Part shown: positions 8,393 through 18,112 of the stretch, in pieces
Numbering within the stretch: position 1 is the stretch's first letter
How the letters are laid out: every line of letters starts with the position of its first letter
DNA from: Candidatus Magasanikiibacteriota bacterium
GTDB lineage: Bacteria > Patescibacteriota > Patescibacteriia > Magasanikbacterales > GWA2-37-8
Direction: 5' to 3'
Assembly: GCA_041666265.1 (NCBI GenBank)
Contig: JBAYHH010000001.1
Coordinates: 8,056 to 72,055 of the forward strand
Length of the DNA: 64,000 bases
Translations under genes and position numbers: made by a program
Notes under the pieces: generated by a model
Seen by the model: only the letters and a program-made list of their open reading frames with translations
Databases searched by the model: none
Told to the model about the DNA's origin: nothing

Positions 8393-9703
8393 ATGTCCCA
8401 TCTCATCATCAACGGCGGAAAAAAATTACAAGGCGAAATCGTCAATCAATCGGCCAAAAATAGCGCTGTGGCGATTTTGTGCGCTTGTTGCGCTATTCGC
8501 GGCCGCACCAGCTTGGTAGCGGTGCCAGAGATTGAAGAAGTCAATCGGATTATTGAGCTCATCAGGAGTATCGGCGTGAAAGTCGAGATGACAGGCAAAG
8601 GAAATTTGACCGTGGATGCTTCGGGTGATTTGGATTTGTCGCATATTGATCGCAGCGCTTCCGAAAAAACTCGCTCATCACTCATGCTCATGGGCGCTCT
8701 TGCCAGTCGCGAAAAAAAATACAAAATTTTTAAATCAGGTGGGTGCAAGCTGGGACAACGCACGGTGAAGCCGCATATTTTTGCGTTGGAAAAATTTGGT
8801 GTCGAAGTCGAGTCCAAAGACGGATATTATGAAATAAAAAATAACTTGCTTCGCCCCGCGCACCTCGTGATGTATGAGTCGGGCGACACTGCCACCGAAA
8901 ACGCCATCATGGCGGCCGCGCAGACCGTCGGTGAAACTGTGATCAAGATGGCCTCGGCCAATTACATGGTGCAGGATTTGTGTCATTTTTTGGTGAGAGC
9001 CGGCGCTCGTATCGATGGTATCGGTACGACCACGCTCAAGATTCATGGAGTGGAAAAATTGACTCCGGTTGAGAATTATTCGATCATGCCCGACCCGATC
9101 GTGGCCATGACATATATCGCCGCCGCCATTGTCACGCGTTCACACCTCACTATCACCAATTGCCCACTTGAATTTTTAGAGCTCGAACTCGTCAAACTCG
9201 AAAAAATGGGGCAAAAATTTAAATTGAAAAATAATCGCCTGTCGGTCGGTGGAAACTTTGAGATCGTAGATATAGAAATTTTACCAAGCGACCTCGTTGC
9301 TCCTCCTGACAAGATCGATGGTCGGCCTTTTCCGGGATTAAATCTCGACAATTTGCCATTGTTTATTCCGATTCTGGCTATGGCCGAGGGGCGCACTCTC
9401 GTGCATGATTGGGCTTATGAAAATCGCGCGATGTATAGTTTTGATCTTTTGAAATTGGGCGCGCGCGTCACTGTGCTTGATCCGCACCGGGTGTTTGTTG
9501 AGGGGCCAAGCGAGCTCAAGGCGGCCGAAATTATCGCTCCGCCCGCGCTTCGTCCGGCGGTCAATGTTTTGATCTGCATGCTCGGAGCCAAAGGGCAGAG
9601 TATTTTGCGCAATACCTACGAGATTGACCGCGGTTATGAGAATCTTTATGAGACCTTAAATATCGCCGGAGCGGATATTAAGATAGTTGACGATAATATT
9701 TAA
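8393..9703 (+). CDS. murA: UDP-N-acetylglucosamine 1-carboxyvinyltransferase
   Basis: Collinear with MurA. Active-site Cys in KSGGCKLGQR. Two-domain EPT fold signature. Confidence 0.9.
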   Translation: MSHLIINGGKKLQGEIVNQSAKNSAVAILCACCAIRGRTSLVAVPEIEEVNRIIELIRSIGVKVEMTGKGNLTVDASGDLDLSHIDRSASEKTRSSLMLMGALASREKKYKIFKSGGCKLGQRTVKPHIFALEKFGVEVESKDGYYEIKNNLLRPAHLVMYESGDTATENAIMAAAQTVGETVIKMASANYMVQDLCHFLVRAGARIDGIGTTTLKIHGVEKLTPVENYSIMPDPIVAMTYIAAAIVTRSHLTITNCPLEFLELELVKLEKMGQKFKLKNNRLSVGGNFEIVDIEILPSDLVAPPDKIDGRPFPGLNLDNLPLFIPILAMAEGRTLVHDWAYENRAMYSFDLLKLGARVTVLDPHRVFVEGPSELKAAEIIAPPALRPAVNVLICMLGAKGQSILRNTYEIDRGYENLYETLNIAGADIKIVDDNI

Positions 9704-9800
9704 TTTTGAATTTCGAATTTTAAGTTATTTTTGGATATTTGTTATTTGAAATTTATTTGGAATTTGTAATTTTGAATTTGAGATTTAAATTAATGTTTTT

Positions 9801-11069
9801 ATGAACCTTTCTCCTTCCAAAATCCGCGCGCATAAATACGCCGGCATCTACATTGCCGTCATTTTGTTTATTATTTCATTTGGCCTTGGCGTTTTGGCCG
9901 GGCAGGCGTGGTATGTGCGCGGTCAAATCACCGGCGACAGCGGTAATGTGGAAATTTCCAAACTATTAAATTTCAAGCGCAACGCCAATCGATCCGACAG
10001 TGTTGACTTTAATGAATTTTGGAATGTTTGGGATAAAATCCGAGAAAAATATGTGAAGTCCGGCACAGTCAAAGATACGGATTTATTTTATGGCGCCGTC
10101 CAAGGGCTGGTGTATGCGCTCGGTGATCCATATTCTGTGTATTTGCCACCCAAATCAGCTGACGAATTTGCTAAAAGTTTATCCGGCGAATTTGAGGGTA
10201 TTGGCGCGGAGATCGGCTTGAAACTCGGCCAGCTCGTAGTGGTATCGCCACTACCTGATTCACCCGCTCAAAAAGCCGGTCTGCGCCCGGGAGATCAAAT
10301 CCTCGCTATCGACAAAGTAGATACGACCGGCATGGATTCGACCGCCGCGGTGATGAAGATTCGCGGCCAGGCCGGCACACCGGTGGTCCTCATGATTGCG
10401 CGCGCCGGATCAACCAAGACCATCGATATCACTATTATTCGCGCCAAGATCAATGTTCCGTCGGTGATGTTTGAGTGGAAAGGCGACCCCGCCAGTGACG
10501 GGGCAGGCAAAGTGGCGTATGTGCGCGTGATGCAATTTAATGAAAATACGACCGGTGATTTTGATCGCTATGTTCGTCAGCTTAAAAAAGACGGAGCCAA
10601 GGCGATGATTCTCGATCTGCGTAATAATCCGGGTGGCTACCTTGATTCCGCCGTGACGATGGCGAGCGAGTGGATCAAAGACGGCAAGATCGTGAGCGAG
10701 AGATTTTCTTCGACCACAATCAATACACACGAAACCGAAGGGGAGCATCGTTTGTTTGGTCTCAAGACCGCGGTGCTCATCAATGGTGGTTCGGCATCGG
10801 CCAGCGAGATAGTGGCGGGTGCGCTTCAAGATCACAAATCAGCGACGATTATCGGAGAGAAATCATTTGGCAAGGGAAGTGTGCAGGAGTTTGAGACTTT
10901 TGATGATGGTTCCGCTTTGAAATTGACCGTAGCCGAATGGCTCACTCCCAATGGCAAAAATATCAATGAATCCGGCATCACGCCCGACATCGAAGTAATA
11001 GAGGATTTCGAAAAAGAAAAAGTGGGCGAGGATGTGATGATTGATCGAGCGCTTCAGATATTGAATTAA
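9801..11069 (+). CDS. S41 family C-terminal processing peptidase (Ctp/Prc) with PDZ domain
   Basis: N-terminal TM. PDZ region (GLRPGDQILAIDKVD). S41 catalytic region (LINGGSASASEIVAGAL...GEKSFGKGSVQ). Confidence 0.9.
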   Translation: MNLSPSKIRAHKYAGIYIAVILFIISFGLGVLAGQAWYVRGQITGDSGNVEISKLLNFKRNANRSDSVDFNEFWNVWDKIREKYVKSGTVKDTDLFYGAVQGLVYALGDPYSVYLPPKSADEFAKSLSGEFEGIGAEIGLKLGQLVVVSPLPDSPAQKAGLRPGDQILAIDKVDTTGMDSTAAVMKIRGQAGTPVVLMIARAGSTKTIDITIIRAKINVPSVMFEWKGDPASDGAGKVAYVRVMQFNENTTGDFDRYVRQLKKDGAKAMILDLRNNPGGYLDSAVTMASEWIKDGKIVSERFSSTTINTHETEGEHRLFGLKTAVLINGGSASASEIVAGALQDHKSATIIGEKSFGKGSVQEFETFDDGSALKLTVAEWLTPNGKNINESGITPDIEVIEDFEKEKVGEDVMIDRALQILN

Positions 11070-11148
11070 TTGATTTGCCAAAAAAATAAAAGAGTGCTAC
11101 TATAATTATTGTAAAAGCATTATTTATTAAAAAATAAACAGCCATCAT

Positions 11149-12201
11149 ATGTCAACACCTGAAGCGGCGTATAATGAAATGATAGCCGAAAAAGCCAAAA
11201 TCGAAGAGGAAAAGAAAAAAAAGAGAGACGCCAAGTTGGCGCGAAGAGATGAAATCAATAAATTGTTGGGGACAAAAGAAAGTGAATTAAACAGGACCAA
11301 TGATTATGTGAACAAGGCCACTGATTTGTTGTCTGAAAAACCAGACGCAACAGATAAAATGAAGCAGAATGAGTCTGTGCTTCGAAGTTCGGTTGTACAA
11401 GGCGCCGAAGAGTGGACAAAGTTGAGAGAAGAATTAGCAACGATCGAATCTGATCCCGCGATAATTCAATATTTAGCCGAACAAAAACAACACTCTCAAG
11501 TAGTAGCCGAACACAAGGCTAAAATCGAAAAGGACTTGGCGGAAAAAGTGGCTGCCCAAGAAAAAGTGGTCGAAGACAAAGAGCGCGCGGCAATGGAGAC
11601 GGCCAAACAGCTCTGTGATGTGTGGCAAGAAGATGACGCGGCATTAATGCTGATGCCGGTAGAAGAAGAGAGATATAATTATCTTAGTCACCCTTATTGG
11701 GAGGGTGTGGAGGAGCGGTATATCGATATTCAAAATAAAATTAATGTACTAAACGCTGAAAAATCAAAGGCATCAGGATTCTTTAAAGGATCTAAATTGA
11801 AAAAGATCGACGCGCAATTGGATGAGCTCGATACGCAATGGAGCAACAATAAAAGTTTGTATGGTCAGAAATTTGCGATTGCCGATCAGCGCCAAAAAAG
11901 AAAGGGAGTTCTTTACGATAAATTAATGGGTGGTTTGTCTTCCCGCGATGAAAAAGCAGCTCCCGATGGATCACTGCGAGCTTATTTGGATGCGTTTACC
12001 GCACTTGAGGGTTTGAAAGGGCGCGATGTACGCAATATCACCGCTATCAAATTGTTGGCTGACTTAACAAAAAACCAAAATAAATTTCCCTTTTTGATAG
12101 TTTATGAAGGTCGCGTGGCTGTCAATTATAATAAACTATTTGAGCAGTTTGGCTATAATCGCCAAGATTCATTGGATAAATTAAAACAGAAACAAGGCTG
12201 A
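11149..12201 (+). CDS. hypothetical coiled-coil protein
   Basis: 350 aa, charged and helical, K/E-rich. No enzymatic motif. Confidence 0.5.
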   Translation: MSTPEAAYNEMIAEKAKIEEEKKKKRDAKLARRDEINKLLGTKESELNRTNDYVNKATDLLSEKPDATDKMKQNESVLRSSVVQGAEEWTKLREELATIESDPAIIQYLAEQKQHSQVVAEHKAKIEKDLAEKVAAQEKVVEDKERAAMETAKQLCDVWQEDDAALMLMPVEEERYNYLSHPYWEGVEERYIDIQNKINVLNAEKSKASGFFKGSKLKKIDAQLDELDTQWSNNKSLYGQKFAIADQRQKRKGVLYDKLMGGLSSRDEKAAPDGSLRAYLDAFTALEGLKGRDVRNITAIKLLADLTKNQNKFPFLIVYEGRVAVNYNKLFEQFGYNRQDSLDKLKQKQG

Positions 12202-12207
12202 AAATTT

Positions 12208-12388
12208 GTTAGGTAATAATTAAAGGTGTTAGGTAAAAGGTATTAGTTGTCAAGTATTAGGTGTTAGGGTAGATGTTAAAAATTCATGAATTTTAAATCA
12301 CCGTTTTAATACGGTGATTTGTTTATAGTTATATTAAAAATTGTCCGTTTCACACCTTCTACTTTCTACCTAATACCTATCACCTTTA
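12208..12388. repeat. inverted pair of AGGT heptad arrays (locus 2) flanking the terminator between convergent genes
   Basis: Left array TTAGGTA ATAATTA AAGGTGT TAGGTAA AAGGTAT TAGTTGT CAAGTAT TAGGTGT TAGGGTA (7-nt period). Right array 12351..12388 is in reverse-complement orientation (CACCTTCTACTTTCTACCTAATACCTATCACCTTTA). Confidence 0.55.
12295..12320. terminator. bidirectional hairpin terminator between convergent genes
   Basis: AAATCACCG-TTTTAATA-CGGTGATTT with T/A runs on both sides. Confidence 0.5.
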
Positions 12389-13243
12389 TTATATTTTCTC
12401 CGCCCAATGTTTATCGGTCTCGACCTCGAGTTTTAAGAATACTTTTTTACCAAGCGCGGCCTCAAATTCTTTGCGTGCCGCGATGCCGATTTCTTTGATC
12501 GCTCGTCCGCCCGCGCCGATGATCATTTTTTTATAACGACTGTCTGCCGTATAGACGGTAGCATAAATTTCAAAGATATCGGATTTTTCTTCGATGCTGT
12601 CCACTTCCACATTGGTGGTGTAAGGGACTTCTTTGCGTAAAGCCAAGAAGATTTTTTCGCGAATTATTTCCGCCACCCAAAATTTATGATCCAAATTGGT
12701 TAATTGCTCCGGCGGATAATTCGGCTCGCCTTCGGGTAGGATCTCAAACACTTTTTTGCGCAATGGTTCGACATGGCGATTTTTGAGCGCGGATAATTCA
12801 TACATCGCCACAAATTCGATTTCCTCGGTCAGCTGTTTGTAGTCATCCAAATACATTTTTTCTTTGGCCGGCAAATCGCACTTGTTGATCACCAAAATTT
12901 TTGGGATTTCGAGTTTGCGCAAGATCGACATCACGAAGCGCTCTTCGGCTCCGATCGGTTTTTCCGGATCCACCACATAGACGATACCGTCGATCTCTTG
13001 GATTGCCTCGCGCGCTTTTTCGGTGAGTTTGCCGGTGAGCGGTCCGGCTTTTTCCTTGAAAATGCCGGGAGTGTCGACAAATACCGCCTGCCCTTCGGCC
13101 GCGTTCAAGACGCCATGGATATTGTGGCGAGTAGTTTGGGGTTTGTCGGTGACGATCGCCAGTTTGGTGCCGACGAGCGTGTTGAGCAGGGTGGACTTGC
13201 CGACATTTGATCGGCCGACAAGGGTAATGAAGCCTGATTTCAT
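12389..13243 (-). CDS. era: GTPase Era
   Basis: G1 motif GRSNVGKSTL, G3 DTPG, G4 NKCD, C-terminal KH domain. Confidence 0.93.
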   Translation of the reverse strand: MKSGFITLVGRSNVGKSTLLNTLVGTKLAIVTDKPQTTRHNIHGVLNAAEGQAVFVDTPGIFKEKAGPLTGKLTEKAREAIQEIDGIVYVVDPEKPIGAEERFVMSILRKLEIPKILVINKCDLPAKEKMYLDDYKQLTEEIEFVAMYELSALKNRHVEPLRKKVFEILPEGEPNYPPEQLTNLDHKFWVAEIIREKIFLALRKEVPYTTNVEVDSIEEKSDIFEIYATVYTADSRYKKMIIGAGGRAIKEIGIAARKEFEAALGKKVFLKLEVETDKHWAEKI

Positions 13244-13372
13244 GAAAAGATATCAAAAATTAAAAATCAAAGATCAAAAATGTCGAATTCGGACACAGTC
13301 TTTAATATTTGATTTATTATTTTTGATATGTTACAATACTACCATAATTAAGCCAATATATCAAGGGTAGGT

Positions 13373-13810
13373 ATGAAAGTCATACTATTGCAAAATGTGG
13401 CCGGCTTGGGCAAGGCCGACGATATCAGAGAAGTGGCCGAGGGCTATGCTCGCAATTTTTTGTTTCCGCGTCATTTGGCGGTGCTTTCGAGCTCTCAAGG
13501 ACTCGCCGAAATCGAGGCGCAAAAGAAGAAAAAGTCCAAAGACGAGCTCCGCGACCTGCAACAACAACAATCGCTCGCGGCCAAGCTCGACGGAGTCGAG
13601 GTTAAACTAAAAGAAAAGGCAAGCGCCTCGGGCGTGCTATACGCGGCTATCGGCCCCAAGCAGATCAGCGATGCCCTCACCAAAATGGGATTCGCGGTCG
13701 ATAAAGAAAAAATTCGCATGGCGCCAATCAAAGAAGCCGGTGAATTCGAGGTCAAGATTAGATTAAGACATGGATTAGAAGCCAAGATATCAATAGTTGT
13801 TTCGGTGTAA
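13373..13810 (+). CDS. rplI: 50S ribosomal protein L9
   Basis: MKVILLQNVAGLGKADDIREVAEGYARNFLFP is a canonical L9 N-domain. Length is as expected. Confidence 0.93.
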   Translation: MKVILLQNVAGLGKADDIREVAEGYARNFLFPRHLAVLSSSQGLAEIEAQKKKKSKDELRDLQQQQSLAAKLDGVEVKLKEKASASGVLYAAIGPKQISDALTKMGFAVDKEKIRMAPIKEAGEFEVKIRLRHGLEAKISIVVSV

Positions 13811-13923
13811 TTTTGAATTTATAATTTTGAATTTTGAATAAAATTCGAATTTTTAATTTTTAAAATTCTATATTCAAGTTTTATTCAAAATTAGAAATTT
13901 AAAATTAAATATTTTGTAAATTT

Positions 13924-15546
13924 ATGCGAACCAAATATATATTTGTAATTGGCGGGGTGCTATCGGGCGTAGGCAAGGGTATCACTACCGCGTCCATCGG
14001 GCGGATTTTTAAAAATTACGGTTTTAATGTTTCAGCAATTAAGATCGATCCCTATATCAATGTCGATGCCGGCACGATGAATCCGGTCGAGCATGGCGAA
14101 GTTTTTGTCACCGAAGATGGCGACGAGACCGATCAGGACATGGGCAACTACGAACGCTTTTTGGATACCGATCTTTTTTCCACCAATTACATGACTACCG
14201 GTCGGGTATATCAAAGTGTCATCGAAAAAGAGCGCAGTATGTTTTACAAGGGTCATTGCGTGCAAGTCGTGCCCCACATTCCTTTTGAGGTGATCGAGCG
14301 CATCGAGACCGCGGCCAAAAAAACCAAAGCCGAAGTGATGGTGATCGAGATTGGCGGGACCGTGGGCGAGTATGAAAATATTTTGTATCTCGAGGCGGCC
14401 CGCATGATGAAGCTTGACCACCCCGATGATGTGGCGATCGTGCTCGTGGGATATATGCCGGTGCCGTCCCATCTCGGCGAGATGAAGACCAAGCCGACCC
14501 AGCACGCGGCCCGCACACTAAATAATTCCGGTTTGCAGGCCGACATCATCGTGGCGCGCGGGAAATACGCGCTCGATAAACCGCGCAAAGAAAAGCTGGC
14601 GCTATTTTGCTGGATGAAACCGGAAAATATTGTTTCAGCTCCGGATGTGGAGAGTATTTACGAGTTACCGGCCGTGCTCGAAAAACAAAATATTTCCAAG
14701 TTACTCGCGAAATTATTGAAGATTAAATTACCAGAAAAAAAATCTACCGAGTGGGATAAATTTGCCACCAAAGTGAGCGCGGTCCACAAGAAATTGAAAA
14801 TCGCGGTGGTGGGTAAATATTTCGCCACCGGTGATTTCACCTTGGCGGATTCATATATTTCCGTGATTCAAGCGGTCAAGCACGCGGCTATTTGGAATGG
14901 CGCCGATGCCGAGATGACCTGGATCGACAGCGAAGGATTTGAAAAAGATCCGGCCAGCGTCAAGGATTTGAAAAATTACGACGGTCTCATCGTGCCGGGC
15001 GGGTTTGGCACGCGCGGGATCGAGGGGATCATCAATGCGATTCGTTTCGCCCGCGAAAACAATGTGCCGTATTTGGGGCTGTGTTATGGCATGCAGCTCG
15101 CGTGTATCGAATTGGCGCGCAATGTGCTCGGGATCAAAGACGCGCACACGGTGGAGTGCGATCCGGGGACCAAAAATCCGATCATCCACATCAATCCGAT
15201 GCAGGCCAAAAATGTGGCGAGCAATCGTTATGGCGGGACCATGCGCCTCGGCGCCTATGATTGCGAGCTCAAAAAGGGGAGCAAGGTGCGCGCGCTTTAT
15301 GGCAGTGACCATATCAGCGAGCGTCATCGTCATCGTTATGAGTTTAACAATGACTTTCGCGAACAAATCGAAAATGCGGGGTTGGAATTTGTCGGCGTGA
15401 ACAAAGAAAAAAATCTAATGGAAGTGATCGAGCTCAAAAATCATCCGTATTTTGTCGGTTCTCAATTTCATCCGGAATTTAAATCTCGTCCGCTCCACCC
15501 GCATCCTCTATTTGTCGGGCTGATCAAGGCGGGGTTAAAAAAATAA
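13924..15546 (+). CDS. pyrG: CTP synthase
   Basis: N-terminal synthase domain (IFVIGGVLSGVGKGI) and C-terminal GATase with catalytic Cys in GLCYGMQ. 540 aa. Confidence 0.96.
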   Translation: MRTKYIFVIGGVLSGVGKGITTASIGRIFKNYGFNVSAIKIDPYINVDAGTMNPVEHGEVFVTEDGDETDQDMGNYERFLDTDLFSTNYMTTGRVYQSVIEKERSMFYKGHCVQVVPHIPFEVIERIETAAKKTKAEVMVIEIGGTVGEYENILYLEAARMMKLDHPDDVAIVLVGYMPVPSHLGEMKTKPTQHAARTLNNSGLQADIIVARGKYALDKPRKEKLALFCWMKPENIVSAPDVESIYELPAVLEKQNISKLLAKLLKIKLPEKKSTEWDKFATKVSAVHKKLKIAVVGKYFATGDFTLADSYISVIQAVKHAAIWNGADAEMTWIDSEGFEKDPASVKDLKNYDGLIVPGGFGTRGIEGIINAIRFARENNVPYLGLCYGMQLACIELARNVLGIKDAHTVECDPGTKNPIIHINPMQAKNVASNRYGGTMRLGAYDCELKKGSKVRALYGSDHISERHRHRYEFNNDFREQIENAGLEFVGVNKEKNLMEVIELKNHPYFVGSQFHPEFKSRPLHPHPLFVGLIKAGLKK

Positions 15547-15550
15547 AAAA

Positions 15551-15571
15551 AGCCTGCTGGGGGTGCAGGCT
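15551..15571. terminator. hairpin terminator between pyrG and convergent gene
   Basis: AGCCTGC-TGGGGGT-GCAGGCT, preceded by an A-run (U-run on minus strand). Confidence 0.5.
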
Positions 15572-15572
15572 A

Positions 15573-15986
15573 CTAAGTAAGGGTGGTTGTTATAATCCAA
15601 ACATCCGGACAGATCATGAAGTCTGAACCGTTTGTTTGGTAATAACGGCCGAACGACCGGCATTGACTGACTGGATTCATTGGGAAGCTCATCCCGTTTC
15701 TTCCAGTGAGTGTCATCATTTCGACATCTTCCGGAAGCGCGGGCTTTGGCTTGCGCACGCACACCGCGAGCTTCGCTTCGCTCTTATCGCCTTGGAGCAG
15801 GCGAGCGCGCGCGTTATCCGGATCACGCCAGATAGGAGAGTCGAGGGCGCTGTCCACGGTCAACATGACGAGGCCGTGATTTTTGAGAATTTGTTCGATT
15901 TGTTGAATCGACACAGGCTCGTCAAATTTCACGGCGAATAGCATCGCGCCCTTTGCTTGAAATTCTACCCTTTTTTCGATGTTCAT
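15573..15986 (-). CDS. hypothetical protein
   Basis: 137-aa ORF with a strong RBS (GGAGAGGAAA) 8 nt upstream of ATG. Preferred over the overlapping + strand ORF 15636..15941. Confidence 0.45.
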   Translation of the reverse strand: MNIEKRVEFQAKGAMLFAVKFDEPVSIQQIEQILKNHGLVMLTVDSALDSPIWRDPDNARARLLQGDKSEAKLAVCVRKPKPALPEDVEMMTLTGRNGMSFPMNPVSQCRSFGRYYQTNGSDFMICPDVWIITTTLT

Positions 15987-16090
15987 TTTCCTCTCCAGGA
16001 AAATTGTTTAGGAATGAGCGAATCCGCAATATTTAACCACATATTCCGCGCCGAGTCAATGGGTTTGGTTTGTGGATAAAATTCACAAAC

Positions 16091-16114
16091 AAAAAAACAC
16101 CAGGTTTTTGGTGT
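16091..16114 (-). terminator. intrinsic terminator downstream of the Nudix gene (minus strand)
   Basis: ACACCA-GGTTTT-TGGTGT with an A-run at 16091-16096 (U-run on minus strand). Confidence 0.5.
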
Positions 16115-16133
16115 GCGTAAAAATATACAAAGT

Positions 16134-16646
16134 TTAAAATTGTAAAGTTTTTTTGACTTCCTTCAATATAATCAAATCCCGTTTTTGAATAAAACTACCT
16201 TCGTAATTCGCTGGTTCATCTGACGCCAATATGCTTATAGCTTTATTTAAAGTCACCCAGATTATTTTAAATCCATCGCTTAATTCTTTTTTAGTAAAAT
16301 TAGGCTGACCTTTAGAAATAATATTTCCAGAATAACAGAACGATGTTTGTTTGAGGTTAAACTGCGATCGGTATTCAATGATTTTGCCTAATTCTTGCAG
16401 TGCATCAATTTTACAACCAACTTCTTCCATCGATTCTCTTTTTAGAGCATTAATTTTTGATTCATGTTTTTTAATACCCCCCCCTGGCAATTTGTGATAA
16501 TTATATCTTGAAACAAACAAAAGCGGTATCAAATTATTATCAAATAATACCGCTCTTGCGGCTTTGCGGACATTCATCTTTGGCATGTTCTTATTTCTAT
16601 CTTTGTCACTAATCTCGGATAATAATTTCATAAAATTTCGAATCAA
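16134..16646 (-). CDS. NUDIX hydrolase
   Basis: Nudix box GGGIKKHESKINALKRESMEEVGCKI. Confidence 0.75.
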   Translation of the reverse strand: MIRNFMKLLSEISDKDRNKNMPKMNVRKAARAVLFDNNLIPLLFVSRYNYHKLPGGGIKKHESKINALKRESMEEVGCKIDALQELGKIIEYRSQFNLKQTSFCYSGNIISKGQPNFTKKELSDGFKIIWVTLNKAISILASDEPANYEGSFIQKRDLIILKEVKKTLQF

Positions 16647-16715
16647 TATTTAATATTATAATTTCTAATATTTATTCAAAATTCAAAATTCGAAATTAAA
16701 TATTATCATTTACCG

Positions 16716-18092
16716 CTACCGCCCCCGCATCCCCAATACGATATTCACCGTGCGCATCACGATCGCGAAGTCGAGCCAAAAGCCACGATTTTTAATGTAA
16801 AACAAATCGTATTCCAGCTTGCGCAGATTTTCTTCCAAAGTGCCGTAATACGATTTTTGCACTTGCGCCCAGCCGGTGAGCCCGGGTTTGATGAGACAGC
16901 GCAAAGAATAAAATGGCATTTGGCGGGTGAGCTCATAGACAAATTCCGGCCGTTCGGGCCTGGGACCGATGAGCCCCATCTCATTGCGAAAGATATTAAT
17001 AAATTGCGGGATTTCATCGAGGCGAGTCTGGCGTAAAAATTTGCCGACGCGAGTGACGCGCGCGTCATCGACGCTCGCGAATTGCGCTCCGGCGGTCTCG
17101 GCGCTACCGTCGATCGCGAGCACTTTCATCGTGCGGTATTTATATATAAAAAATACTTGCCCCATGCGTCCGACTCGTTGTTGGCGAAAAAATATCGGGC
17201 CCGGTGAAGTCAGGCGAATCGCCCAATAAATAAACGGAAAAGAAATTACAAAAAATATCGCCATGAGCGAAGCAAAAAAATAATCGGTCACAATGCGCGT
17301 GCGGTCGTATATTTTTTTCTGTTGCTCGTTGAGATTATTTAGAAACCACCCCTCGGAAAAAGTAAACGGGGGAATGCGTCCGAGCACATCCTCATAAAAT
17401 CGCGCCAAAGCCATCACGGTCGTCTGCGCGAATAGTTGCTCGTATAATTCTTTGAGTAGCGAAGCGTTTTTGTAGAGCATCGGCGCGGTCACGATGATCT
17501 GGGGCGCTTGATTATTGTTTTTTTCTAAAAGTATTTTTAAGGTGGGCGCGCTCGCGTAGCGGGATAGCTCGGCCGGCAAATTATCCGCCATGATAAATCC
17601 CGCCACTCGATAACCGCGCTCCGGTTGTTTTTCGAGCAGTGCGATCAATTCGATGATTTCCGGAGTAACACCGGTAAACACCACGGTGGTTTTTAAAATT
17701 CCGGTGGATAAAAATCGATTGTAAATGTAGCGCCAAACAGTGAGCAAGCCAAAGCCGTTGAGGGCGGTCAGCGCCAAAATAGTTTTGGGAGAAATGGCGA
17801 GAGCGGGACGGAGATAAAAGTAGATCATGCCAACCATCACCCAGGCAAACGCCGTCATCAAAATTTTTTGGAAGAATTGGAGGTTGTTGCGGTTTTGACC
17901 GATATCATAAAGGCCGGAAATAAAAATAATCAGCAAAGCGCCGATGAATAGCTCTATCATCGGCCAAAGCAGGGCGATATCGGGCGCGCCGGGAGTGAAT
18001 ACATAGCGTTCCGACAGCGCCAAAAATAACCCAAACAACAAGGCGACAAAATCCCCGGCCATGAGAGTGAGTTGTTTGAGGCGGTAGAACAT
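16716..18092 (-). CDS. polyprenyl-phosphate sugar phosphotransferase (bacterial sugar transferase, WbaP/PglC-like, long form)
   Basis: Multiple N-terminal TM segments. C-terminal catalytic domain motifs (RVGRMGQVFFIYKYRTM, DEIPQFINIFRNEMGLIGPRPERPEF). ORF extends to 18140; start at 18092 or further in is uncertain. Confidence 0.85.
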   Translation of the reverse strand: MFYRLKQLTLMAGDFVALLFGLFLALSERYVFTPGAPDIALLWPMIELFIGALLIIFISGLYDIGQNRNNLQFFQKILMTAFAWVMVGMIYFYLRPALAISPKTILALTALNGFGLLTVWRYIYNRFLSTGILKTTVVFTGVTPEIIELIALLEKQPERGYRVAGFIMADNLPAELSRYASAPTLKILLEKNNNQAPQIIVTAPMLYKNASLLKELYEQLFAQTTVMALARFYEDVLGRIPPFTFSEGWFLNNLNEQQKKIYDRTRIVTDYFFASLMAIFFVISFPFIYWAIRLTSPGPIFFRQQRVGRMGQVFFIYKYRTMKVLAIDGSAETAGAQFASVDDARVTRVGKFLRQTRLDEIPQFINIFRNEMGLIGPRPERPEFVYELTRQMPFYSLRCLIKPGLTGWAQVQKSYYGTLEENLRKLEYDLFYIKNRGFWLDFAIVMRTVNIVLGMRGR

Positions 18093-18112
18093 GGTATAAT
18101 AATCGTAATCTA

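Noticed and set aside
13811-13923. AT-rich direct repeats (TTTTGAATTT / AAATTCGAATTT), also at 9704-9800, 16647-16715 and 21510-21615, considered as a possible CRISPR array or minisatellite
   Set aside because: Repeat units are short (8-12 bp), irregular in spacing and imperfect, with no unique spacers of uniform length. They sit exactly in promoter regions. They are interpreted as AT-rich promoter / UP-element-like sequence and are folded into the shared-motif finding.
15636-15941. Plus-strand 101-aa ORF
   Set aside because: It is completely contained in the minus-strand ORF 15573-15986, which has a strong RBS (GGAGAGGAAA) and a terminator. It has no RBS of its own.
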